Virus record (IMG/VR): IMGVR_UViG_3300030106_006724
Coordinates: 1-64,000 of that record
Reading direction: 5' to 3' (one strand)
Source: a virus
Length of the DNA stretch: 64,000 nt
The notes beneath the pieces were generated by a model that saw nothing but the letters and a program-made list of their open reading frames with translations, was not told the origin of the DNA and did no database searches. Position 1 is the stretch's first letter. Each line of letters starts with the position of its first letter. The translations under genes and the position numbers were made by a program. Shown one piece after another: positions 38,838 to 47,473 of the stretch.

Positions 38838-38953
38838 TGAAAAAGATAGTAGCTACAATGAAGGAAATATATGATGCGATGAAACCTAACGTTTATCGTA
38901 ATAGAAAGAAATATACTCGTAAAACAAAACATAAGAATAAAAATGAAAATTAA
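38837..38953 (+). CDS. Tiny basic protein (38 aa), ArfA-like tail, not in ORF track
   Basis: MKKIVATMKEIYDAMKPNVYRNRKKYTRKTKHKNKNEN; TAATG coupling. Confidence 0.55.
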   Translation: MKKIVATMKEIYDAMKPNVYRNRKKYTRKTKHKNKNEN

Positions 38954-39425
38954 TTTATTAGATTATATACATACTATAAAAGACTTTCCTAAAGAAGGGA
39001 TTTACTTTAAAGATATACAACCTCTATTAGCTGATACTGTAGCATTTAAACAAGCTATAACTGAAATGGGTAGATTAGTTGAACAACCTGATTATTGGGT
39101 TGGTATAGAATCTAGAGGTTTTATCTTTGCTTCTGCTTTAGCCGCTACTTTCGGAGGAGGGTTAAGATTGATAAGAAAGGAAGGTAAATTACCTCCTGAT
39201 TTTTTAGTTAAAGAATCTTACGACTTAGAATACGGCAGTGATACTATAGAAATGAAACGAGGTAATGGATCAGTAATATTAGTTGATGATGTAATCGCTA
39301 CCGGAGGCACTATGAATGCATCGGAAAACATCGTATCTAATGCAGGTTATGATTTATTAGATAAATTAGTATTAATAGATATTGGAATAGCTGAGAACAA
39401 CGTTAAATCTTTAATTAAATATTAA
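38943..39425 (+). CDS. apt: Adenine phosphoribosyltransferase
   Basis: DFPKEGI.FKDI, ESRGF, RKEGKLP, LEYG, VDDVIATGGT. Confidence 0.93.
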   Translation: MKINLLDYIHTIKDFPKEGIYFKDIQPLLADTVAFKQAITEMGRLVEQPDYWVGIESRGFIFASALAATFGGGLRLIRKEGKLPPDFLVKESYDLEYGSDTIEMKRGNGSVILVDDVIATGGTMNASENIVSNAGYDLLDKLVLIDIGIAENNVKSLIKY

Positions 39426-39967
39426 TGGAAAATAAAATACTTTTACTTTCTGCTACTGACTACGAACATGACTGTAAAGACTTATTTGGTATACCGATTC
39501 ATATCACAGGTATAGGTAAAATTAATGCAGCAGTAAATAGTACTAGATTGATACAAAAATACGATCCTGATATAGTTATCAACTTTGGTTCTTGTGGCAA
39601 TTTAAAAGATTATCAAATAGGAGAAGTATTAGAAGTAGGAACGGTAATAAACGATTTAGATACTCTAGGATTTTATAATCAAATGTCTAATATATTAAAT
39701 AAAGATTTAAATATAAAATGTTTAACTACTGATCATATGTACGATAGCTCTCATGATGATTATGTAGAGTCATATATGGAAAAAATAGATGAATGTGATA
39801 TAGTTGATATGGAACTATTTAGTATAGCAGAAAGTTGTAAAATTGCTAAAAAATTCTTATATTCATATAAATGGGTTAGCGACGATGGGAGTAATGACGA
39901 ATGGTTAGAAAACGCTAAAGCCGGTTTTAATAATTTTAAACAAATATTTAAATCTAAACATCTATGA
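39425..39967 (+). CDS. MTA/SAH nucleosidase-like (PNP_UDP_1 family)
   Basis: TGIGKINAA, INFGSCG, VDME, KWVSD. Confidence 0.85.
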   Translation: MENKILLLSATDYEHDCKDLFGIPIHITGIGKINAAVNSTRLIQKYDPDIVINFGSCGNLKDYQIGEVLEVGTVINDLDTLGFYNQMSNILNKDLNIKCLTTDHMYDSSHDDYVESYMEKIDECDIVDMELFSIAESCKIAKKFLYSYKWVSDDGSNDEWLENAKAGFNNFKQIFKSKHL

Positions 39968-40203
39968 GTGATTCAGTAAAAAAATGGCACGAAACTATTT
40001 CAGAAGATATACAAGCAGTTTATGAAACAGCAGAAGTAAGAAGAGAAAAAAAGATAAATAAGTTATTAAATGTAGCTAAAGAATCTGGTAAAATGACTGA
40101 GATAATGCTAAGAGTAGTAGAAGTTCAAAAAGAATTCAATACTAGTTCATTTTTGTTAGGTTTAGAAATAGCCTGTGATGAATTATTAAAAGATGGTGCC
40201 TGA
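39964..40203 (+). CDS. Hypothetical protein
   Basis: 79 aa ORF. Confidence 0.55.
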   Translation: MSDSVKKWHETISEDIQAVYETAEVRREKKINKLLNVAKESGKMTEIMLRVVEVQKEFNTSSFLLGLEIACDELLKDGA

Positions 40204-40717
40204 TAAAAAAGATGTAGTACAATTAGTATTACATAAAGAAAATTATATTCCTATACAAGAGATCGATAACTCATTCTCCTATAAATGGTTTTATAAGTTA
40301 GATCAAGAACACGACTTTCATTCTATTATAAAAAGTATTAACTTAATGCTAGAAGATTGGAATGAAGCACCTACTTTTGATGATATAGTATCTAGATTCG
40401 AAGCAGGAAGTTTTGTAATGCTTCAATATTATAAAAATGAACCTATAGGGTGGTTTTGGGGGAATACGAGACTAACTTACGACTGGAAAAATATAGTAAA
40501 AGAATTACCCTCAGTTAATTCAATGTATGGAGGAGGTTCTTATATTACTAAAGATAGAAACATTCCTAAAAATACTGGTATTCAGCTTTATACTAAATTT
40601 TTTAATGATATATTTGATTTTTATAAATCAGCTTATGGTTATGTAGATTCATGGAATAAAGCTCCTATAAGAATTAATAAAAGATCAGGAGCTATCGAAA
40701 TAAATAATCTTTTATAA
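40193..40717 (+). CDS. Hypothetical protein, possibly GNAT-fold
   Basis: PIGWFW, YI.K.R...TG, VDSWNKAP are GNAT-like elements. Confidence 0.45.
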   Translation: MVPDKKDVVQLVLHKENYIPIQEIDNSFSYKWFYKLDQEHDFHSIIKSINLMLEDWNEAPTFDDIVSRFEAGSFVMLQYYKNEPIGWFWGNTRLTYDWKNIVKELPSVNSMYGGGSYITKDRNIPKNTGIQLYTKFFNDIFDFYKSAYGYVDSWNKAPIRINKRSGAIEINNLL

Positions 40718-41292
40718 TGAGAGTATGTATTTATGCTCAATCTAGATCTGGCTCTACAGTATTAAGTTTATATGTATCTAATCAATTAGGTCTTTATAAT
40801 ATTGCAGAACCTTATAATCCAAGAAATTCAGCTAGAGGAAGATACTTTCCTGATGAAGCAGTTTGGTTAGATCCTGGAGTATCGGTTAAGTTTTTATGCG
40901 GAGAGCTTAGAGTTGAACAGCAAGAATCATTAGATAAGTATTTTGATAAAGTAATTATCTTAACTAGAGAAGATGATATAGCTGGTGCTGAAAGTCATAT
41001 GATGGGGCTTATAACTAGAATATGGGAACCATATAAGTATAATTTAAAAGAATTTAACGAAGAAGAAAGAATTAAACTTCAGTATAATATAAAATGGAGA
41101 ACTGAAACTAGAGAGCAATTAACTAATTTACCTTACTTTCAAGTAACTTATGAGGAATTATTTTATAAAAAAGTTGGAATTACGAGATTAAATTCTTATC
41201 TTAATATAGAAAAGGATAACTCGGATATAGGTATGTTTGATTTAAAGCATAAGTATAGACAGGATCCTATAAATAAAAAGTCTCTAATTTGA
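40717..41292 (+). CDS. Sulfotransferase-like protein
   Basis: QSRSGST, EPYN, FDKVIILTRE, YEEL, KYRQ; ends KSLI. Confidence 0.7.
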   Translation: MRVCIYAQSRSGSTVLSLYVSNQLGLYNIAEPYNPRNSARGRYFPDEAVWLDPGVSVKFLCGELRVEQQESLDKYFDKVIILTREDDIAGAESHMMGLITRIWEPYKYNLKEFNEEERIKLQYNIKWRTETREQLTNLPYFQVTYEELFYKKVGITRLNSYLNIEKDNSDIGMFDLKHKYRQDPINKKSLI

Positions 41293-41765
41293 TAACTAAT
41301 AAAATTTATAATCCTCCTTTAAGTAAAGCTTGGATAATTAAGTATTTTAAGAAAGATTATTTAAAAAGGTCATATAATAGATTTCAATGGTGGAGAAGTT
41401 ATACTCCTAAAAGACCTCCTTTGAAAGCTTCTGCTTCTTTTAAAGATAAGATATATAATGGTGATTTCGATCATTCTCCTCTTTTGTTTGAAGCTTATTT
41501 AGCTGAATATAAGTTAAATGAATTATGGAATGAATGTGATCAAGATCATACTAGGTTTGGTCAGCCTGCTTCTATTCATAAGGCTAGAAGAAAAAGACTT
41601 TTAGAAGATTATCAAAAAGATGAGACTAATAGACTAGAGTATATTCGTAAAGGTTTTATGAAAGAATTTAAAATTGATCGTGAAACTTATACTAAAGAAG
41701 TAGAAAAAACTACAAAAAGTTTAAAAGATTTTTACGATTATATGTCTAGAAAATATAAACCATAA
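41289..41765 (+). CDS. Hypothetical protein
   Basis: 158 aa ORF with TTG start. Confidence 0.55.
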   Translation: MITNKIYNPPLSKAWIIKYFKKDYLKRSYNRFQWWRSYTPKRPPLKASASFKDKIYNGDFDHSPLLFEAYLAEYKLNELWNECDQDHTRFGQPASIHKARRKRLLEDYQKDETNRLEYIRKGFMKEFKIDRETYTKEVEKTTKSLKDFYDYMSRKYKP

Positions 41766-41794
41766 ATATTTATTAACAATAACAAACATTAATT

Positions 41795-42100
41795 ATGAAT
41801 ACAATTTTTATTATTTTAGGGATTCTTGCAGTAGGAGCAGGTGTCTATTTCTTTTTCTACTCTAAGGGAAAGATTAACGATAGAGACGGAGATTTTATTC
41901 CTGACGAAGTTGAAGATAAAGTCGACGAAGTTAAGGAAAAAGTTGATAATGTCAAAAAAGAAGTTAAACGTAGAGTTAAAAATGTTAAAGCTGAAGTAAA
42001 AGACGTAAAAGAGTCTGCTGTAGATTTAGCAAAAGATGTGAGAGATGTAGGAAGAGCTGCTAGAGGTAAGAGCCGTAGAGGCCGCAAACCTAAAAAATAA
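41795..42100 (+). CDS. Membrane-anchored coiled-coil protein
   Basis: N-terminal TM, DRDGDFIPD, K/E repeats, basic tail. Confidence 0.65.
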   Translation: MNTIFIILGILAVGAGVYFFFYSKGKINDRDGDFIPDEVEDKVDEVKEKVDNVKKEVKRRVKNVKAEVKDVKESAVDLAKDVRDVGRAARGKSRRGRKPKK

Positions 42101-42102
42101 TT

Positions 42103-42324
42103 ATGCAGCAACAGCTAAATGTCGACATCAACCAAACAACAGGAGTTACATGCGATGAATGTGGAGGAATCTACTTTGAAAACGGACTTATTATCCGAGC
42201 AGCAAGTGGACTTCTCACCGGAACAGGTAAAAAGACTTACATCCCAATACCCGTCTTCAATTGTAAGAAGTGCGGACACGTTAATAGCGAGTTCCAACCC
42301 AAAGAACTTGAGTCATTGGTCTAG
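42103..42324 (+). CDS. Zinc-ribbon protein
   Basis: CDEC...CKKC. Confidence 0.7.
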   Translation: MQQQLNVDINQTTGVTCDECGGIYFENGLIIRAASGLLTGTGKKTYIPIPVFNCKKCGHVNSEFQPKELESLV

Positions 42325-42428
42325 GTACTGCTATTCCGGAATACAGGGACAGATATATGGTGATTCCTCTGATGAGGAATATGATGGAGAGACTAGTTAG
42401 AGGGTAGGAGCTCGACTAGTTAGAAATT

Positions 42429-42451
42429 GAGGCCTTCGGGCCTCTTTTTTT
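42429..42451 (+). terminator. Intrinsic terminator
   Basis: GAGGCC-TTCG-GGCCTC followed by T7. Confidence 0.9.
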
Positions 42452-42498
42452 ATATATTTAAATCTATTTATAATAAAGTTTTCTAAAATAAGTTACAT

Positions 42499-42756
42499 AT
42501 GAATTGGATAAAAAAAACATTTATGGACTTTAAAAATTTATTTAAAGACAATAACGACATTAACGAAAAGTCGATTGTCGGTTTTATAGCTTTTATAGTA
42601 ATGATATTATTTGCATTTGCAGACTTACTTACTGGTTACTTTGGAAAAGATTTAGTTATAAACGAATTTATTTATGATTCATTCCTTTGGATAGTACTTG
42701 GTTGTTTCGGTATAGCTGAAGCAGGTAGAGCTATTAACCCTAATAATAAAAAATAA
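42499..42756 (+). CDS. Two-TM small membrane protein (holin candidate)
   Basis: Two hydrophobic helices, basic C-terminus. Confidence 0.5.
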   Translation: MNWIKKTFMDFKNLFKDNNDINEKSIVGFIAFIVMILFAFADLLTGYFGKDLVINEFIYDSFLWIVLGCFGIAEAGRAINPNNKK

Positions 42757-42760
42757 AAAA

Positions 42761-43999
42761 ATGAAAAAAACATTATTAATTGCTCTTGCTTTATTGATAG
42801 CAGTACCATCATTAGCTCAAGAGGAAAAGAAAAAGAAAAACTTCTTCAAAGAGCTATATTCTGACTTTTTAAAATATGGAACATTATATGCAGCTGGAGA
42901 TATTAGAAATGCATATGAAAACTCAAGAAAAGACTTTTTTGTAGAAAGACCAGCTGACGGTGACTTATATGCAATACCAAGAGTAATAGAGGTAACTGAA
43001 TATTTCGACTTCGATTATAGATACGGAGTAGGTATTCGTAAATTAGGAAGATTCGGTTATGAAAGAAAACCAGGTAACTTTTGGACTGGTAACCAATATA
43101 GAGAGAGTCAATTAGCATTATCAGCTCCAACATCTGCAGTAGATGGTTTTGAATATTTATTTCATTTTGAAAAAGAAAGATTAAGAGGAGAAGAATTTGA
43201 AAACTTTAGATATTTTTTAAGACATACAGGTAAATACCATATAGCTAAAATAGAATCTAGAGAGCAAGGTGCATATGACTTTTCTTATAAGTCAGCTGAA
43301 TTAAGAGCTAGATTACCTATCGGTAAAAAATTCAGTATATCAGCAGGAGCAATATATAGAACACACGAAAGAGCTTATGGATATAATCCTATCGAAATTT
43401 GGTTAAATGAAACCGAAACTTGGACTAATCCTACTACAGGAGAAGAAATTGAATACCCAGCTAACCCTTGGTACAGCTTAGGATTCCAATATGGATATAG
43501 CGACCACTATACTACTTATACAGATGTTAATACTGGAGAGGTACTTAACGATTGGATTTGGAAAGATGAACAAGGAAACATAGTAGCATATTCAGATTTA
43601 GATTTTAGGAATACAGTATTTAGAGACCTAATTAACAGATATAATAATGAAATCTGGGATACTATAGACCCCTTCGGTGTTGTATCTCCAATCATAGGAG
43701 CAGATTTTTATCATTATAAATCTAATTTCTGGCTTCACGCTTATGCTAACTATTTACCTCCATTCCACAAATATGTCTCAGGAGATGAAGACTTTAGTTA
43801 CTTAAATAGAAATAACTGGGGTAAAGGCGGATTAATACAGGATGCTGAAGGAGAACAATGGGAAGATTATCAAGTAGGACTTAATTTTGGTTGGAAAATA
43901 GGAAAAAATTTAGGAGTATTTATAGAAGGAGAGTATAATAAAATGTGGGATACTAAATTCTATAACTCAACATTTGGTATAAATTATACATTTAGATAA
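42761..43999 (+). CDS. Exported protein, probable outer-membrane beta-barrel
   Basis: Signal peptide (..PSLA/QE), aromatic-rich alternating strands, C-terminal FGINYTFR. Confidence 0.65.
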   Translation: MKKTLLIALALLIAVPSLAQEEKKKKNFFKELYSDFLKYGTLYAAGDIRNAYENSRKDFFVERPADGDLYAIPRVIEVTEYFDFDYRYGVGIRKLGRFGYERKPGNFWTGNQYRESQLALSAPTSAVDGFEYLFHFEKERLRGEEFENFRYFLRHTGKYHIAKIESREQGAYDFSYKSAELRARLPIGKKFSISAGAIYRTHERAYGYNPIEIWLNETETWTNPTTGEEIEYPANPWYSLGFQYGYSDHYTTYTDVNTGEVLNDWIWKDEQGNIVAYSDLDFRNTVFRDLINRYNNEIWDTIDPFGVVSPIIGADFYHYKSNFWLHAYANYLPPFHKYVSGDEDFSYLNRNNWGKGGLIQDAEGEQWEDYQVGLNFGWKIGKNLGVFIEGEYNKMWDTKFYNSTFGINYTFR

Positions 44000-44001
44000 A
44001 A

Positions 44002-44286
44002 ATGGCAAAACAAATAGGTGAAGATACTAAGGTTACTTTAGATCTAAAAACAATAGGTATGTTAGCAGTAGGTATAGCTACCTTAGTTGGTATGTGGTTT
44101 GCCCTGCAAGGAGATATACAAGAAGCAAAAGAACTACCAGCACCAGTGATAGACAGGGTTGAATACGATTTGAAAGATGAATTGATTCGACAAACAATAA
44201 TGGATACTCAAGAAGACGTAGAAGATATAAAGGAACAGTTGGATAAGATTGATGAACGTCTTTATGAGTTACAACAAAAAAGATAA
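44002..44286 (+). CDS. TM plus coiled-coil protein
   Basis: Single TM, heptad C-terminus. Confidence 0.6.
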   Translation: MAKQIGEDTKVTLDLKTIGMLAVGIATLVGMWFALQGDIQEAKELPAPVIDRVEYDLKDELIRQTIMDTQEDVEDIKEQLDKIDERLYELQQKR

Positions 44287-44288
44287 GT

Positions 44289-44690
44289 ATGAAAAAAGTT
44301 ATTTTCATTTTACTACTCTTTCTTCCTTTTATTAATAATGCACAAGAATTTATCGATGATTCTAACTTTGATAATAAAATCAACGAACAATCTGCTTTTG
44401 GAGATGATGAGACTAACATAGTAGTTGTTGAGTTTTGGGCTAAATTTAATGAAGCTAATGCTTTTGCTGATTGGGATAAAGTAGAAGGTGTAAAGTACTA
44501 TAGAGTAGATATAGGAGCAGCACCAGAAGCTAAAAAAGAATATAGAGTAAGAATGGCTCCTACCATAATAATATTCAAAAACGGTATTAACCAAGAATCA
44601 TTTAAAGCAGGTTTAGACTTAGAATGTCCTGTAACTTTAGATGAGTTGATAGAATCTATTGAAGAAGTCAAAACAGCAGATCAATTTTAA
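44289..44690 (+). CDS. Exported thioredoxin-fold protein without CxxC
   Basis: Signal peptide; VVVEFWAKFN, YRVD, MAPTIIIFKNG. Confidence 0.7.
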   Translation: MKKVIFILLLFLPFINNAQEFIDDSNFDNKINEQSAFGDDETNIVVVEFWAKFNEANAFADWDKVEGVKYYRVDIGAAPEAKKEYRVRMAPTIIIFKNGINQESFKAGLDLECPVTLDELIESIEEVKTADQF

Positions 44691-44700
44691 TTTTATAATA

Positions 44701-45261
44701 ATGAAAAAGTTAGTATTATTTTTAGCAATGGTTTTACTAATAAGTTGTGATAAAGAGGAAGAAGTAATCTTAGAACCAGTATTTGAAATAAGTCTTAATG
44801 GTGAGTCCTTCGATCCTTATGAAAGATACTCTAAAATAGAATCATTCGGCGGTACTAAATATGTCGATGGAGTTGTAAAAAAGATATTTATTCTTTATCT
44901 TCAAATAGATGATGGTCCTCCTCGATTAGATAGACAGCATTTTGCTCTTTATACATTAGACCATGATGCTAATGATGATGGAGAGTTATTAGATGTTGGT
45001 ACCTATACTTGGGAAGCACCTGATGGTAAATATGCTGGTGTAGAAATACCCGGTAATGACGAGTATATAGTATGGAATGAAGTTATAGTACAAGATGCAG
45101 GACAATTAGGCGGACCTCATACAGGTCTAATTTGCTTAACTGCTGAAGGAGTATTTTATAATCCTTACATACAGTCTAATATGAGTGTAAGTTTAAAACT
45201 AGAAAATTTTCCTATAGGGTTAGATATAGATGCTACTCCTTATGGTTACTTATTAAACTAA
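44701..45261 (+). CDS. Lipoprotein
   Basis: MKKLVLFLAMVLLISC lipobox followed by DKEEE; start moved to ATG 44701. Confidence 0.7.
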   Translation: MKKLVLFLAMVLLISCDKEEEVILEPVFEISLNGESFDPYERYSKIESFGGTKYVDGVVKKIFILYLQIDDGPPRLDRQHFALYTLDHDANDDGELLDVGTYTWEAPDGKYAGVEIPGNDEYIVWNEVIVQDAGQLGGPHTGLICLTAEGVFYNPYIQSNMSVSLKLENFPIGLDIDATPYGYLLN

Positions 45262-45441
45262 GTGAAATATTTAATTTTATTGATATGTTTATTTGGATGT
45301 GCGGAGATAATATATACTCCTCCAACAGTATCCTATATAACTTCAATAACTCAAAAGGGAGATACTGTCAAAGTTATACAAGTTAAGGATAAGTATAAAA
45401 CTAGTTATTATGTTCCTCCTTGTAATAAAATAAATAAATAA
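45262..45441 (+). CDS. Small lipoprotein (59 aa), not in ORF track
   Basis: GTG start; MKYLILLICLFGC lipobox. Confidence 0.5.
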   Translation: MKYLILLICLFGCAEIIYTPPTVSYITSITQKGDTVKVIQVKDKYKTSYYVPPCNKINK

Positions 45442-45446
45442 AAGTT

Positions 45447-45650
45447 ATGGCTTTTCCTTGCCCTTCCTGTGGAAACCCTCTAGGGTTAACTATCGAACAT
45501 ATTATGAAGCACGATCAAATGGCTTGTCCTCATTGTTTTGCTATTTTATCTTTTAAAGTAAAAGAAGAAACTACTAAAAGGATGAAGAAAGGATTAGCTG
45601 AGATTGAAAAAATCAAAAAAAAGTATAGTAATATAGCTAAGTTTGGATAG
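45447..45650 (+). CDS. Zinc-ribbon protein
   Basis: CPSC...CPHC. Confidence 0.7.
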   Translation: MAFPCPSCGNPLGLTIEHIMKHDQMACPHCFAILSFKVKEETTKRMKKGLAEIEKIKKKYSNIAKFG

Positions 45651-45693
45651 TAGTATTCTATTTATTACTATATAACCTTTAAATTTTATGTAA

Positions 45694-46320
45694 ATGTCAC
45701 AAATTGCAGATCAATTCGTCGGATTACCAATCGAAGATCTTATCACCGGACCATTAGTAGGTATAGCAAAAGGACAAGCAAAACTAAACGAAGTAACTTG
45801 GGATTATGTTCAAGAGGTAGCTTTTGAAACAGGATCAGTAGTTAACGGAGTTGACGTTTTAAAGACCAGAGCTATAGATGTTCAAATTACTAAGGCAGTT
45901 ACAAACTCAAATTTAGATACTGGTAGCAATACCGATGGTAGTATTAAAGAATGGAAAACTTTCTATAGTAAAGTTCCAATGATTGCTTTAATTCCATTAC
46001 CATCTTTAGCAGTTACAAAAGCAGATATTAACTTTACAATGGAGGTCAAAGAATCTTCTGTTAGCAAAGACACTACGTCAAAATCAGGACAGTTTAGTGC
46101 TTCTATGGGATACAGCGGATGGGGCTTCAATGTTAAAGCTAATATATCTGGTAAAGTAGCTACTACGAAAGAAAATACCAGAAGTACTGATAATTCAGCT
46201 AAATATGTAGTTAATGTACATGCAGAACAATTAAAACCTACTGAAGGTATGTTAAAACTCTACGATGCAGTAAACTCAATGATTGAGCCAGTAGATCTAG
46301 CACCATCAGGTTCTAACTAA
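45694..46320 (+). CDS. DUF2589-family protein
   Basis: QFVGLPIEDLITGPL, VP...IPLPSL, F.MEV, TRSTDNSAKY.V.V.A. Confidence 0.75.
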   Translation: MSQIADQFVGLPIEDLITGPLVGIAKGQAKLNEVTWDYVQEVAFETGSVVNGVDVLKTRAIDVQITKAVTNSNLDTGSNTDGSIKEWKTFYSKVPMIALIPLPSLAVTKADINFTMEVKESSVSKDTTSKSGQFSASMGYSGWGFNVKANISGKVATTKENTRSTDNSAKYVVNVHAEQLKPTEGMLKLYDAVNSMIEPVDLAPSGSN

Positions 46321-46334
46321 ATTTTTATAGAATA

Positions 46335-46367
46335 AGTTGGTAATTAGGATAGTTTTTACTATCTTAT
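46335..46367 (+). promoter_or_regulatory. Promoter motif class A (TATCTT variant)
   Basis: TTGGTA 46337-46342, 17 nt, TATCTT 46360-46365. Confidence 0.7.
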
Positions 46368-46385
46368 AAAAAAAGGTTTCTATCA

Positions 46386-46871
46386 ATGGCAAAATTACAA
46401 ATTGAAGAGCTAGTAAGCGGTCTCCTTGAGGCCGCTATCGTAGCTAAACAGATAAGTGAAAGGCAACATATTAATGCCTTATCTAATTATTTTGACGATA
46501 AAGGTCAACCTATCACGACTGATGTACAGGTAGGAGACAAAAAAATCACTATACCTTATTATAGTATCGCAGATCATTCATCTATAGGATTAGACGAAAT
46601 GGAAATAGAGTTTGATGCAAGATTAGGATTCGATACTAGAAAAGGACCATCAGATCTTAAAAAATCATTGTTGGGTAAATTTAAAGGAGGAAAAAGGTAT
46701 AAGCATTTAGTTAAGAATATTGAGGTAGATCACGCTCATAATCCTAATAATATTGCTTGTGCTAAGATTAGAGTAAAATTTAAGAAAGATGAAACTCCTG
46801 AGACAGTTTCACGATTAGTAGATAGTTACATATCTATTATGGACGAACCAAATATAAACGATAAAGTATGA
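46386..46871 (+). CDS. Second DUF2589-like protein
   Basis: ELVSGL.EA, YFD, IP...A.HSSI.LDEMEIEF, PE.VSRL. Confidence 0.65.
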   Translation: MAKLQIEELVSGLLEAAIVAKQISERQHINALSNYFDDKGQPITTDVQVGDKKITIPYYSIADHSSIGLDEMEIEFDARLGFDTRKGPSDLKKSLLGKFKGGKRYKHLVKNIEVDHAHNPNNIACAKIRVKFKKDETPETVSRLVDSYISIMDEPNINDKV

Positions 46872-47473
46872 GCTATACAAGAGAACAAATAGAAGCGGCA
46901 GTTAAAAAAGAAGGACATAAATGGTTTGAAAATGGAGACTATAATGTTAATATAGTCGGTGTAAGAAACTCTGCAACACATAATGAAGTAACTAATAAAT
47001 TTGATGATTGGATGACAATCTCATATAAAGTCAATGGAGAATGGAATTTCCATTGCTATGACTGTACTACTGACCCTGGTAAGTATTGGGTTGATAACCT
47101 AATGAACCCAGATGGAGTAGCAATAGTAGTACCAGGACAGTATAGATCATCTCATAAGATTGGACTACATCAAGGTAAATATGAAGCTTTGAGACAACAA
47201 AAACCAATTAAAGTATGGAGAGATGATAATAAAGATAACGTTTATGATCATATTGCTGACGATATTCAAGATGGAGTATTCGGTATTAATATACATAGAG
47301 CAACTAAATATCCAGGTCATGAATCTACTCAAGTTGATAAATGGTCTGCAGGTTGCCAAGTAATAGCAGCATATAATGACTTCGAAGAATTTATGAACGT
47401 AATGTATAAAGCTAGAGATGCTTGGAGTAACTCTTTTACCTACACTTTGATAGAGTCTAAATATATAGACTAA
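46868..47473 (+). CDS. Endolysin candidate with L,D-transpeptidase-like His/Cys motif
   Basis: TTDPG, GINIHRA...WSAGCQV. Confidence 0.65.
   Translation: MSYTREQIEAAVKKEGHKWFENGDYNVNIVGVRNSATHNEVTNKFDDWMTISYKVNGEWNFHCYDCTTDPGKYWVDNLMNPDGVAIVVPGQYRSSHKIGLHQGKYEALRQQKPIKVWRDDNKDNVYDHIADDIQDGVFGINIHRATKYPGHESTQVDKWSAGCQVIAAYNDFEEFMNVMYKARDAWSNSFTYTLIESKYID

Noticed and set aside
42119-42400. Alternative-frame + strand ORFs (42119..42400, 3917..4102, 48546..48752)
   Set aside because: Overlap better-supported genes and show no motifs; local GC enrichment explains the open frames
42369-42426. CTGATGAG...GAAA resembling a hammerhead ribozyme core
   Set aside because: No stem II closing onto the GAAA, and CUGAUGAG is sequestered in a perfect local hairpin
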